Source: an uncultured virus (IMG/VR IMGVR_UViG_3300007346_007557) (lineage: Duplodnaviria; Heunggongvirae; Uroviricota; Caudoviricetes). From it: a DNA stretch of 64,000 nucleotides. A program made the translations under genes and the position numbers. How positions within the stretch are numbered: position 1 is the stretch's first letter; the number at the start of each line of letters is the position of its first letter. This document shows, piece after piece, positions 28,937-38,600 of the stretch. Location of the stretch: the IMG/VR virus record IMGVR_UViG_3300007346_007557. One strand, 5' to 3'. Below the pieces are notes generated by a model that saw only the letters and a list, made by a program, of their open reading frames with translations, had not been told where the DNA came from and did no database searches.

Positions 28937-29782
28937 TTAGATTCCTAATAGTTTTTCGTACTTTTTTATAATATCGTCTGTTACAAAATCATCTTCAGTA
29001 TAATGAAACACACCACTTTGACGATAGTTACCAATTGTTAATTTACAATTTTCATCTAAATACACACCTACACGAGATTGCCAGTTGTCTGAAAAATTCT
29101 TGTTCCAATTTTGCACTTTAGGTTTCATGTGTGTAAAGCTAGGATATTGTGTTTTGCTGTTGGTAATAATATTTTCTACATCCATAATTTTTGCAGCAAT
29201 AGATGCATTCAAATCCATACTGCACCATCTTTGTATTTTTTTACCATTTGCTACTGATTTATAAAATGTCATCCAATTATTATTAATCATTTCTAACCAT
29301 GTATAAAACTCATGTGCTAAGTCTGACTTTTTAAAGTAATGTAATCCACAATACAAATTAGGCAAATTATATGTATCCCAACTACGTCTGTAATAATTAC
29401 TTGTTACTTTATCTCCTCTGTATGTATAAACATTACTAGTAAAAAATAAATCATAATTGTTTAAAAAATCAAACCAATCGCTCATATCTTCTAATACAAG
29501 CATATCAGTATCCATTACTATAGTTTCAGTATAAGGAATAGCATGATATATTTTCCATCTATTGCTGATTTTCCAATCTTCATCCGCAGCATGATCTCCC
29601 CAAGGTATTTCAACTACGTGATCAAAAAGATCTTTGTATTTGTTTGGTACTTGATCATTTGTAATAAGACAGATACTTGCGTTACTATTTGTAGTTTTAA
29701 TACTCATAGCAGCAAGACATGCTTGTTGAACATAATCTGTTGTAGAATTTTGTGCCAACATTGTAAAGTTATTCGTTGTCAA
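28937..29782 (-). CDS. Glycosyltransferase-like protein (GT-A, GT8/mannosyltransferase-like)
   Basis: YVQQA..SIK..ICLIT..FDHVV..PYTETIVMDTDML (DxD)..HMK. Confidence 0.65.
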   Translation of the reverse strand: MTTNNFTMLAQNSTTDYVQQACLAAMSIKTTNSNASICLITNDQVPNKYKDLFDHVVEIPWGDHAADEDWKISNRWKIYHAIPYTETIVMDTDMLVLEDMSDWFDFLNNYDLFFTSNVYTYRGDKVTSNYYRRSWDTYNLPNLYCGLHYFKKSDLAHEFYTWLEMINNNWMTFYKSVANGKKIQRWCSMDLNASIAAKIMDVENIITNSKTQYPSFTHMKPKVQNWNKNFSDNWQSRVGVYLDENCKLTIGNYRQSGVFHYTEDDFVTDDIIKKYEKLLGI

Positions 29783-30608
29783 TGATTCTCTCCAAACTAA
29801 ATTTGTTCATAATATGCACGTTTGATCCTTTCATCCGCACTCCTGTGTACTCGCCAAACCGATTTGTTTTTTGAACTAATACTTTAATTTCGTCATCTTT
29901 AATATCAAGTGCAACATCTTTACCAATTGTATAATATTTTTTGCCTGGTAACTTTCCTACAAAATTGCCTGCTTGATATCCGTTCATAATATGTGCTGCA
30001 ATACTAAATGCAAAATCATTTCTAAACACACTACTAGTAAACTGATATACATTTCTATAGTGCCAGTAATTTTCTTCTATGTGTTTAACTAGATCAAAAA
30101 ATATTTTTGTTTCTTTGGTTTTTCTAAAAAAGCAAACCGTTGCCCAATAAAAATCTACACTTGTGTCACTGATGTGTTGAAACTCTGGAGTTTTATCATG
30201 AATACCTAAATGTGTTGCATCTTTATACAACATTAGATCTTTGTGTTGTGTAAAACAATTATTCAAAATATCGTTTGATATAATGTAGTCAGTATCCATA
30301 ATAATTGTTTGATCATATGGAGTTAAATCATATGCAGATGCTCGGTGTTTATTATGAAATGGTAAAACTTGATTATGTAAGTCTCCGTCATAATGTCTAC
30401 GACTAGAGCTGTTTTGCTTTAGCATTGCAAAAACAATGTTATCAAAATTTTCTACATATTCGGGATATTTTTCTTTTACTTTTACATCTGTAACTAAAGT
30501 TACTGGTAAATCCATATATTTTTTTATTCGTTTGGCAAGAAAATTTGCTTGTTTAACATAGTTCATAGACTGGTTATTACTTGCAAATAATAGTACACCT
30601 TTTGTCAT
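29769..30608 (-). CDS. Glycosyltransferase-like protein (GT-A); paralog of 28937..29782
   Basis: GVLLFA..YVKQA..PVTLVT..PYDQTIIMDTDY (DxD)..RNDFAFS..HIMNK. Confidence 0.65.
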   Translation of the reverse strand: MTKGVLLFASNNQSMNYVKQANFLAKRIKKYMDLPVTLVTDVKVKEKYPEYVENFDNIVFAMLKQNSSSRRHYDGDLHNQVLPFHNKHRASAYDLTPYDQTIIMDTDYIISNDILNNCFTQHKDLMLYKDATHLGIHDKTPEFQHISDTSVDFYWATVCFFRKTKETKIFFDLVKHIEENYWHYRNVYQFTSSVFRNDFAFSIAAHIMNGYQAGNFVGKLPGKKYYTIGKDVALDIKDDEIKVLVQKTNRFGEYTGVRMKGSNVHIMNKFSLERIIDNE

Positions 30609-30952
30609 AGATTCATAATACTTTCTACTGATCTATTATTTTTTAGTTCGTTATATCCAAACAAGTATTCATTTGATGCTTCAAAGTATTTTGAATATAC
30701 TTCAGTATTAAATTTTTCTAAATCTTCAACAACAATAGGAATATCGTTGTCATCTACTAAAATAGTGGTATCAACATTCATTGCTGTTAAACTTTGGCAA
30801 AAACTAATCAAATCATGTGTGATAGAAAATTGTCCGCCATTGTAGTAATATACTAAATTTTCTTTATACTTTTCATTTAGTAATCTTTTTTGATTGTTTA
30901 ATGTAACCATATAGTTACTGATATCGAGTGCTTTTTCGAGACGTTCGTCCAT
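30605..30952 (-). CDS. Hypothetical protein (possible tail-fibre assembly/accessory factor)
   Basis: Strong AGGAGG RBS and sigma70 promoter upstream; no certain motif. Confidence 0.7.
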   Translation of the reverse strand: MDERLEKALDISNYMVTLNNQKRLLNEKYKENLVYYYNGGQFSITHDLISFCQSLTAMNVDTTILVDDNDIPIVVEDLEKFNTEVYSKYFEASNEYLFGYNELKNNRSVESIMNL

Positions 30953-30974
30953 AGAATCCTCCTACTATGGTTAA

Positions 30975-31003
30975 ATTATAACTAATTTTTATGTTGTTGT
31001 CAA
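30975..31003 (-). promoter_or_regulatory. Consensus sigma70 promoter heading the glycosyltransferase operon
   Basis: Minus strand TTGACA-17 nt-TATAAT, followed by AGGAGG RBS and ATG 30952. Confidence 0.8.
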
Positions 31004-31004
31004 C

Positions 31005-32048
31005 TTATAAATTACTTACAACGGTGCCTGTAGGTGGTGATTGAGTAATAGCATCATATGTTATGCTATTGTAACTAAAATCACTATCAGGTGTGTATGT
31101 ATATAAATTGCTTGTAATTGATGCTGTTACTGATTCGTCGATTGGATCAATGCCTGATGTACCTGTATCTCCGTCATCAAATTCTATTTCAAAATTTAAT
31201 TGTGTAGTGCTACTAAATGCACCATTTGTCCATGCATAAATTCTTGTATAGTTGTCGTTATAGATAGAACCGCCGCCTTGTTTTTCAAATATCAAAGTTT
31301 TACTGGCTTTTGCATCTGCTATATTAGCACCGCTAAATCCGGTTCCAGTGCCGCCAACTGATTCACTTCTCCATGTTGTATTTGCTATTCTACCAAATCT
31401 AATTGTGCCCATGTCTGTATACATTTGTGCCCAGTTATAATCTTTTGTACCAGCTGTACCAGTAGTACCACCTGTTGCACTTGCGTCAAATCTAATTTCT
31501 CCGCCTGCTGCAAGAAAATACAAAAGAGCATTGTGACTAGAAAAGTTTACAGAAACTTCATGTCGAATAATTTTAACTGCATCACTTGCACCTCCCCAAC
31601 TGGTGCTTCTAGTAGAAGATGTACTTGCGGCGCCTGTTGTTAATAAGCCTGCTGTTGTAAAACTTGTTGAACTAAAATCAGTAGTAGCATGATTAAATCC
31701 TAAAATAGCAGTACCAATAGTGTTAAAATCTGTTATTTCTTGAATATCAACAGGATCTACGCCTTGTTCAAATGCTGTTGGATCAATAGTAGCGTTTACA
31801 CTTCCAAAAATATGTACATGAGCTGCTTGTAAATCTTTCCATAAATCAAAGTATTGTTGTTCAGTTACGGTATCACTTACACCAGGGGTGTTACCACCAA
31901 CAACTAGTCCACTTGTAAAATTTCTTCCATAACCACTAGATGTGGTACTTGTTGCAATACTATGATCGGCCCATACACCAAAATTGCCTACTCTTTGAGC
32001 AATTGATTGTCTAACATTATTGTATTCACTAGCAGCTATTAGTGGCAT
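31005..32048 (-). CDS. Ser/Thr/Gly-rich virion structural protein
   Basis: Fibre-like composition; paralog of 32102..33016 (STR..WGG, F.S.NA..F..AGG.I.F, NW..M..I.FG). Confidence 0.6.
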   Translation of the reverse strand: MPLIAASEYNNVRQSIAQRVGNFGVWADHSIATSTTSSGYGRNFTSGLVVGGNTPGVSDTVTEQQYFDLWKDLQAAHVHIFGSVNATIDPTAFEQGVDPVDIQEITDFNTIGTAILGFNHATTDFSSTSFTTAGLLTTGAASTSSTRSTSWGGASDAVKIIRHEVSVNFSSHNALLYFLAAGGEIRFDASATGGTTGTAGTKDYNWAQMYTDMGTIRFGRIANTTWRSESVGGTGTGFSGANIADAKASKTLIFEKQGGGSIYNDNYTRIYAWTNGAFSSTTQLNFEIEFDDGDTGTSGIDPIDESVTASITSNLYTYTPDSDFSYNSITYDAITQSPPTGTVVSNL

Positions 32049-32068
32049 AAAATACTCCCTTTTAATCT

Positions 32069-32097
32069 ACTATAATATATAGTTTTCCATTTGTCAA
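32069..32097 (-). promoter_or_regulatory. sigma70-type promoter for 31005..32048
   Basis: Minus strand TTGACA-17 nt-TATAGT. Confidence 0.7.
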
Positions 32098-32101
32098 GCC
32101 T

Positions 32102-33016
32102 TTATAAATCTTGAGTTTTTTGGAAGTTAGGAGCAGGGTTATTTACATATAATCCGTCTGCATCATATGGTCTATAATGTAGAACTTCACTTACTAGTTC
32201 TCCATCTACGTATTCGTCGCCGCCGCCTGTTCCTACATCAGCGTCACTAAATTCAATCTCAAAATCAATTGTAGAATCATTAGGCGCTTTTGCTCTAATG
32301 ATATATTCATTTTCTGTATAATCAGCCGTACCCTGTTTTGTGAATACAACTTGATAACTTGTTGTCAAGTCTTCATTACCAATTGCAGAACCGGTACCAC
32401 TTCCTGGATTAGTATTAGTTGTTTCTGTTCTGCCAAAATCAATTCTTTGCATGTTTGTAAGAATTGTTTCCCAGTTTTGGTTTTTCAAAACAATAACAGG
32501 ATCTGTATTCGAAACATCTCTTGCAAAAGTTGCATTAAATTGTATCAATCCGCCTGCATTAAAAAATCCTCTACGTGCATTTGGAGATGTAAACCCTGCG
32601 CTAAAACGATGATATATACTTTGTGGTAATGCTGTACCACCCCAATTATTTGTGCGAGTGCTGTTTATGCCGGCATTAGTTTGTAACATGGCATCTGGGT
32701 CAGCAACAAATCTATTTGTTTCAAGATCGGTAATCAGTAATTCGTATGCTGCATGTAATGCTTCTGTAATTTCTGCTGTTGTAGTTACTTGTGTAATTGT
32801 TGTGGCAAGATCAGGAGCGTTTTGATGAAAATAAACTTTTTGAAAATCTGTATACAATGCATTCATATGTGATGCTTGTACCGTTTCTCCAATAGGAACA
32901 GAACTACTAGACACAACGTTATTGTATCCTTTGTCACCTGCTCCTGTACCTAATAATGCTGCTATTTTTCCTTGTAACTGATTGTACCTTGCTGCTGAAA
33001 TGATTTGGTTAACCAT
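32102..33016 (-). CDS. Virion structural protein
   Basis: Lies in the tail module, late box upstream, paralog of 31005..32048. Confidence 0.6.
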   Translation of the reverse strand: MVNQIISAARYNQLQGKIAALLGTGAGDKGYNNVVSSSSVPIGETVQASHMNALYTDFQKVYFHQNAPDLATTITQVTTTAEITEALHAAYELLITDLETNRFVADPDAMLQTNAGINSTRTNNWGGTALPQSIYHRFSAGFTSPNARRGFFNAGGLIQFNATFARDVSNTDPVIVLKNQNWETILTNMQRIDFGRTETTNTNPGSGTGSAIGNEDLTTSYQVVFTKQGTADYTENEYIIRAKAPNDSTIDFEIEFSDADVGTGGGDEYVDGELVSEVLHYRPYDADGLYVNNPAPNFQKTQDL

Positions 33017-33029
33017 AAAACTATCCTTT

Positions 33030-33037
33030 TATTTACT
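33030..33037 (-). promoter_or_regulatory. T4-type late promoter box
   Basis: AGTAAATA upstream of 33016. Confidence 0.55.
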
Positions 33038-33039
33038 TA

Positions 33040-34566
33040 TCATTTAAGCACACACTCTACTAGTTTTTCATCATTGCTATCATTTGATTCAAGCGCCACT
33101 CCTACTAGTCCTGTGGTTGCTGTAGTTGTGCATACGCCCTCTTCCCATGCATAAACGGCTTGACCTTTTTTAACAGGTCCTTTTACACGTACTGGTACAC
33201 GACCTTTAAGTGCAATGTATTGTCCTTCTGCTTCGCTGTTCATCATAAATGCTGGATCAGTGCTTACAACACCAATACACATCGAACTGCTTTTTGCTGG
33301 AACAACTTCACAGCAATCATCATCACCAACTGCTACTGCTGTTCCTGGTTCTAAATCAGTATCACCTGTAGTATACTTTTCAGCTAGGTCTGCATAACGA
33401 GCTTTTGTAGCTGTACCATTAAATTCAACTGCTGTAATATCACCTGTGCTGTCTCTCGAAACAATAGATGTTTTATCAGAAGTTCCTGGTACTGCAATAC
33501 TAGCTGCATATGTTATACCAGAAATAACTAAACCATTTGCTGCATCAGCAGTACCTTTAAATGCTGTAGCATGAATTTGAGCAAACTTTTTAGTTGTACT
33601 ACCAATGTTGTATAAATCATTAGTAACTGGGAATAACCCTGTATTAGAAGCATCAGTATTTTGGACTGCTAAAATTTTTGTTGCTGTTCCTGATGGTCTA
33701 GTTGCACCTAAGTATAGTTTATCACCGGCTGTTGTATTTTTATTCCAAATAATTGGACTTGTACCATCTGTATCAATTTTAACTTCTAAATCATTGCTAT
33801 CACCTAACGTAAATCCAGCATCGTTAAAGTTAACAGATTCTGATGTAAGTCTATAATCAGCTGCTGGTCTTCCGCCTAAATTTAATGCATCATTTGCTGT
33901 ACCCCAGATAATAGGTTCATTAGTATCACCTGAAACTGGGTTGCCGAGGTTGTTTTGTGTTTGACCGCTAGAACTATTTACTAGTGTAACACCTCTTTTA
34001 ACAAGAGTAAATCCTGTTAATGTTGGAACACCTTCTGGCTGTTCTGATTTTAATGTAAATTCAACATTAGATGTAATATATAAAGGAACGTCATTGATTA
34101 GAGCAATAATAATATTTCTTTCAGTGTCAGTGTTATCTAGGACGGTAGCACTTAACATTTGTGTTGTGCCTGTACCTGCTGATTGCGGTCCTACAAGCAC
34201 AAATTCTCCTGACCCTGTTTTTCCGTACAATTGGTTGTTTACGGTACTCCACCATAAATCACCTTCATTTAATCCTGCTGGCTCACTTGATGCAACTTCT
34301 GCACCGCCTGCATTTTTCCATGCTGTACCAGTATAAAACTTTAATTTAGTAGTTCCTGCATCATACCAAACTTGCCCTGTAATTTTATTACTAGGTGCAG
34401 TTGTTCCTGCAAAACTTTCTAAAAGATGCACAAAGTTTTCGTTTTGTGCTTCACCATACCCACTATAGTTTTTACCAACTAATTTTAGGTCAGTGCTTTG
34501 ATCAATTGTACCGTCTTCAACTACGGTAAGTTGTGTTCCGTTAAATAAATTAACAATATAAGCCAT
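33040..34566 (-). CDS. Tail fibre protein with C-terminal intramolecular-chaperone-like domain
   Basis: Shared N-terminal baseplate-attachment domain (LVGKNY.GYGE..NENF..LLE.F, GQVWYD); C-terminal ADLAEKY..GVVST.P..ALKGRVPV. Confidence 0.7.
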   Translation of the reverse strand: MAYIVNLFNGTQLTVVEDGTIDQSTDLKLVGKNYSGYGEAQNENFVHLLESFAGTTAPSNKITGQVWYDAGTTKLKFYTGTAWKNAGGAEVASSEPAGLNEGDLWWSTVNNQLYGKTGSGEFVLVGPQSAGTGTTQMLSATVLDNTDTERNIIIALINDVPLYITSNVEFTLKSEQPEGVPTLTGFTLVKRGVTLVNSSSGQTQNNLGNPVSGDTNEPIIWGTANDALNLGGRPAADYRLTSESVNFNDAGFTLGDSNDLEVKIDTDGTSPIIWNKNTTAGDKLYLGATRPSGTATKILAVQNTDASNTGLFPVTNDLYNIGSTTKKFAQIHATAFKGTADAANGLVISGITYAASIAVPGTSDKTSIVSRDSTGDITAVEFNGTATKARYADLAEKYTTGDTDLEPGTAVAVGDDDCCEVVPAKSSSMCIGVVSTDPAFMMNSEAEGQYIALKGRVPVRVKGPVKKGQAVYAWEEGVCTTTATTGLVGVALESNDSNDEKLVECVLK

Positions 34567-34587
34567 TTTTGCTCCTCGTCCTTATTG

Positions 34588-34595
34588 TATTTATC
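34588..34595 (-). promoter_or_regulatory. T4-type late promoter box
   Basis: GATAAATA upstream of 34566. Confidence 0.65.
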
Positions 34596-34596
34596 G

Positions 34597-36573
34597 TTAT
34601 ACCGCAGATGCAGCGATCTCCCCAGATGATGCAGTCCACAAACCTGCTGAAACTTGCATCGTGATTGTCAATCTTGTAATAGTAAAATCAATGTTTGCAG
34701 TTGTATCACCAATTGTAAAATCACTAACAACATTAACGTTTTGTACACCAGCACTATCAACAGCAGTAAGTGTTTTAGAAACACCAGTGTTAGTGTCAAT
34801 AGTTTGTGTTACAGCTTGATATCTATAAGCATGAATACTTGCTTGTGTACCAGACGGTCTGTCAGCAGCAGGTGCAATTTCATTTAAGATAGTTGCAACA
34901 TTTGCAAGCAATGTCTGGTCGCCGCCGCCTGCATATGTACCAGTAGCATATGTTGTTCCTAGGCCAGTAACATCCAAACCTGTAACCAGTGGTGACGCTA
35001 ATATTTCGTCGTCTACATATTTTTTAGGTGCTACATCATAATCGTCGCCTTCAGTTAAAAGTGGATTAATTGCAACTTCTCTTGCACTATATGGTTTTTC
35101 AACATTTGTAATTTTTTGTCTGTTAATTAAATTAATGCTACCAACAGATTGAAGTTCTAAATTATTAGTTGTAGAAATCCTGTCTTCTGTTAAAGTCATT
35201 GTGTCACTTTGATTTTGATCTCCAACAACTAAACTATTCAACTGGCCAATAGTTCTTAAACTACTATTAACAACATTTGCTCCAAGAGTATCTTTTGTTA
35301 AAACATCAACACCCTCAATTTTGTATGAAAAAACATCTCTTTTTAAATTAAAGTTAGTAGAACTAGTCCACGAATCAGTTGCTTGATACCATAGTAGTTC
35401 TTTGTCATCACCTGTAACTCTTACAACAATACCTGATTCGTTAACTTCTGCATCTGTAGGTAAAGTACTATCATCAGTAATTGCTAGTTCAATTTGTTTA
35501 TCTTCAATACGTAAGTTAAACACATCAAGTGCAATACTATCACCTTCGACCATAAGATCTTTAGTAATTCTTACGCTACCGTTTACATCTAATGCATAAG
35601 CGGGTGTATCTGTTAAAATACCAACTGCTGGACCTGCAACAACTTCTACTTGAGGATCTGTTGGATTTACACGTTCTATTCTGTTTTCATTCCATGCATC
35701 AAAGTACATTAATGTGTACTGGTTTCCTGCACCGTTTGTGTAATTTTCTTTCATGCTAATTTTATGATCAGCATTACTAATATTATTTTGCCAAACCGTT
35801 GTTTGTCCTTCAACACGTAAAGTTATATCACTATCATTACCTACAATTAATCCGCCATCATTTGCAATTGTAATTCTACCTGTAGTAACATCATCTTGTG
35901 TTGTTCTCATAAGTGCATCAACATCAACATAACCGCCAGCGCCATCATTTAGTTGATCTGCATATAATGCTTTACCAGTAATAGTATAATTAGGAAATGC
36001 TCCATTAACATTAAATCCTTGTACAAGACTATCAAAACCTACAATTGCAGGAAATGGCGTAAATGCTTCTTTTGCATATATTCCTAGTAATGCACCGTTT
36101 ATATATTTTTTAATTACAACTTTTGTTTGTCCGGCTGTATCTTTTATTGTTTCAACAACATCGCCTGTTTTTTGCTGAGTTTTACTATAAATTGGTCCAA
36201 CTAAAACTGCTTCTGTTCCATTCCAAAATTTAAGTTGATCATTTGAACCATCGATCCAAATATCACCTTGTATTAATCCCTCTGGTTGTGAGCTTGAAAA
36301 AATTGTACTATCTGTACTTCTAAATGTAGATCCATCATAAACTTTAAGCCTGCCTGCGCCGCTATCATACCATAGTTGTCCTTTTATAGGTGCATTTGGA
36401 GCAGCACTATTACTAAAGTTTTCTAAAATTTTAATAAAGTTTTCATTAATACTTTCACCAAAACCTTGATAGTTTTTACCAATTAAATTAATATTAAGTG
36501 TTGTTGTATCTAAAACACCATCAACTAATTCAACCAGTATAGAGCCGTCTGTTTTGTTTAACTTATATGCCAT
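34597..36573 (-). CDS. Tail fibre-related virion protein
   Basis: Same N-terminal domain (LIGKNYQGFGE..NENF..GQLWYD); LDVNG and K.YVD fibre motifs. Confidence 0.7.
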   Translation of the reverse strand: MAYKLNKTDGSILVELVDGVLDTTTLNINLIGKNYQGFGESINENFIKILENFSNSAAPNAPIKGQLWYDSGAGRLKVYDGSTFRSTDSTIFSSSQPEGLIQGDIWIDGSNDQLKFWNGTEAVLVGPIYSKTQQKTGDVVETIKDTAGQTKVVIKKYINGALLGIYAKEAFTPFPAIVGFDSLVQGFNVNGAFPNYTITGKALYADQLNDGAGGYVDVDALMRTTQDDVTTGRITIANDGGLIVGNDSDITLRVEGQTTVWQNNISNADHKISMKENYTNGAGNQYTLMYFDAWNENRIERVNPTDPQVEVVAGPAVGILTDTPAYALDVNGSVRITKDLMVEGDSIALDVFNLRIEDKQIELAITDDSTLPTDAEVNESGIVVRVTGDDKELLWYQATDSWTSSTNFNLKRDVFSYKIEGVDVLTKDTLGANVVNSSLRTIGQLNSLVVGDQNQSDTMTLTEDRISTTNNLELQSVGSINLINRQKITNVEKPYSAREVAINPLLTEGDDYDVAPKKYVDDEILASPLVTGLDVTGLGTTYATGTYAGGGDQTLLANVATILNEIAPAADRPSGTQASIHAYRYQAVTQTIDTNTGVSKTLTAVDSAGVQNVNVVSDFTIGDTTANIDFTITRLTITMQVSAGLWTASSGEIAASAV

Positions 36574-38600
36574 TATGATACTCCGGTCCAGATAATAAAG
36601 TTAATTGCTAAGTATGGGTTAGCAACAAGTAGGTCTGTAGGTCCTGCGTAATCTCTTATTCCACCTGTGCTTTCGATTCTTGTACCTGTACCTGATGTGT
36701 CACCATCATTTGCAACCGTTCCAGTTGCACTATGTGTAGCAGTAGTTGTAGCATAATATGGATTACCTGCTGAATCTACTAAATCATGTTGGTGATCTGG
36801 CAAGTTATCTACCGTAATAGCACGTCTGTCTGCACCAGCAACTGCACCCATTGTTTCAACACTTCCAACTTCCATACGATTTGCGCCGCCTGGTCTTCCT
36901 CTACCAAGTGGAAAACGTCCTCTAAGATCAGGTACACAAAAATAAAGGTTTCTGTCGAAGCCAAAATCTGCAGGATCACCAAAATAGTAAGTGTTGGTAT
37001 CGGTCGCATCGTAACCAAGTGCATTTTGTAATAACCCATAAGTGTTTATAGGTGCAGGCTGTCCGTCACACCATAACCAACCGGTTGGTAATGAAGCACC
37101 GCCATACATAACAACCGTTCCAACAGGATTGGTTGCTACCGTACTAATTAATTGATCAGGTGTTGCTTTTACTAATGTACCACCTTGATTTATTAATATT
37201 TCATCTGTAGCACTATTAATACTTGCTGCTGCTGGTTTGCCAGTTACAAAGCTAGGATCAATAGTAGTTGTAAATGTCTTAGATGTGCCGCCAACTTGAC
37301 CATCAAATGTAAAACTTGTACCTGACACATCTCCTGTCATATTAAATGTCGTTGCACTATTAAGTTTTGCTGCTCTACCTGCTGCACCACTTACGTTACC
37401 TGTTACATCACCAGTTAAGTTGCCTGTGATACGATTAGCATACAAGCTATCATAAGGCGCAACCGTACTACCAATTGATCTTACATTTGCTGTATCAGGT
37501 AAAAGATTTCCAGCAGTAACACTACCATCAACGGTTGCACTACCACCAACATTTAAATTTTTTGTAATACCTGCGCCGCCTGCAACTCTTAAACTACCTG
37601 TTGTTGCACTGGTGCTTTCAGTTGTACCACCTACAATTACATTACTATCAGTTTGAATATTACCTGTTACATCTAAACTCTCTGTTGGATTTAAATTGTT
37701 AATTCCAATATTACCATCACTCTTAATCCTAATAGGAGATATTGTACTTCCTGCATTGTTTACACGAATATCAATATTAGCGCCCGAAATACTTTGTTGT
37801 ATAACACCTGTAGTACCTTCGGCAATTAAACTTAATGTTTTTGCTGTACCAATTTCAATACCGCCGTTATTTCTAATTTGTTGTTTTTTTGTAAATTGGT
37901 TTGTTAGATTTACTTGTGCAAATTCTGAAGATGCTATTTCTGCACCACTAATTAACAAATTTTCTGCTGTTTTTGCCAAACCATTAAATTTTATATTTGA
38001 TAAAGATTTACTAGGATTTATTCCAACTCTAATTGGAACCGTTGAGCTATAACCAGCAATTGGAGATTTTGGACTAAATTCTTCGTTACTGATAATTGTA
38101 ACAGGAATATTGTTAATATAATTAATTACTACCGTATAAGCAACGTCATCAGTTCCAGTAATTGTTTCAGGAAGTGCGCCGGCTTTATTACCGTCTGAAT
38201 ATGTAGGACCAACAAGTAGCCAACCGCTGCCACTATACAAATATAATTGACTATTGGTTGTATCTACCCATAAATCTCCTGTAACACTATTTCCAGCATC
38301 GGGCTCTGATTGTCCTTTTTTAAGGCCGCCAGCAGCCACCCAACTTGTACCATCATATATTTTCAGCTGATCAACGCCATCTGTTGTATCATACCAAAGT
38401 TGTCCTTCTACAGGATTACTAGGAGGATTAACATTTGCAAAGTTTTCAAGTAAATGTAAAAAATTGCTGTTTAGAATTAATCCGTAATCATTTAAAAGTC
38501 TTCCTACAAGTGTTAAACTTGTTTCGTTATTTGGTGATTTATCCTCTACGGTAATATTACCTTTATTGGCCTCATCTGTAAATGGTACTGAATATGCCAT
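36573..38600 (-). CDS. Tail fibre protein with tail-collar domain
   Basis: Same N-terminal domain; C-terminal PVGTVVMYGG..P.GWLWCDG..VPDLRGRFPLG..PYLAINFII collar motif. Confidence 0.8.
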   Translation of the reverse strand: MAYSVPFTDEANKGNITVEDKSPNNETSLTLVGRLLNDYGLILNSNFLHLLENFANVNPPSNPVEGQLWYDTTDGVDQLKIYDGTSWVAAGGLKKGQSEPDAGNSVTGDLWVDTTNSQLYLYSGSGWLLVGPTYSDGNKAGALPETITGTDDVAYTVVINYINNIPVTIISNEEFSPKSPIAGYSSTVPIRVGINPSKSLSNIKFNGLAKTAENLLISGAEIASSEFAQVNLTNQFTKKQQIRNNGGIEIGTAKTLSLIAEGTTGVIQQSISGANIDIRVNNAGSTISPIRIKSDGNIGINNLNPTESLDVTGNIQTDSNVIVGGTTESTSATTGSLRVAGGAGITKNLNVGGSATVDGSVTAGNLLPDTANVRSIGSTVAPYDSLYANRITGNLTGDVTGNVSGAAGRAAKLNSATTFNMTGDVSGTSFTFDGQVGGTSKTFTTTIDPSFVTGKPAAASINSATDEILINQGGTLVKATPDQLISTVATNPVGTVVMYGGASLPTGWLWCDGQPAPINTYGLLQNALGYDATDTNTYYFGDPADFGFDRNLYFCVPDLRGRFPLGRGRPGGANRMEVGSVETMGAVAGADRRAITVDNLPDHQHDLVDSAGNPYYATTTATHSATGTVANDGDTSGTGTRIESTGGIRDYAGPTDLLVANPYLAINFIIWTGVS

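Noticed and set aside
218..30952. Host chromosomal island or chimeric assembly
   Set aside because: Gene packing, strand and promoter style are continuous with the phage tail genes, and a late-box structural gene lies inside the island.
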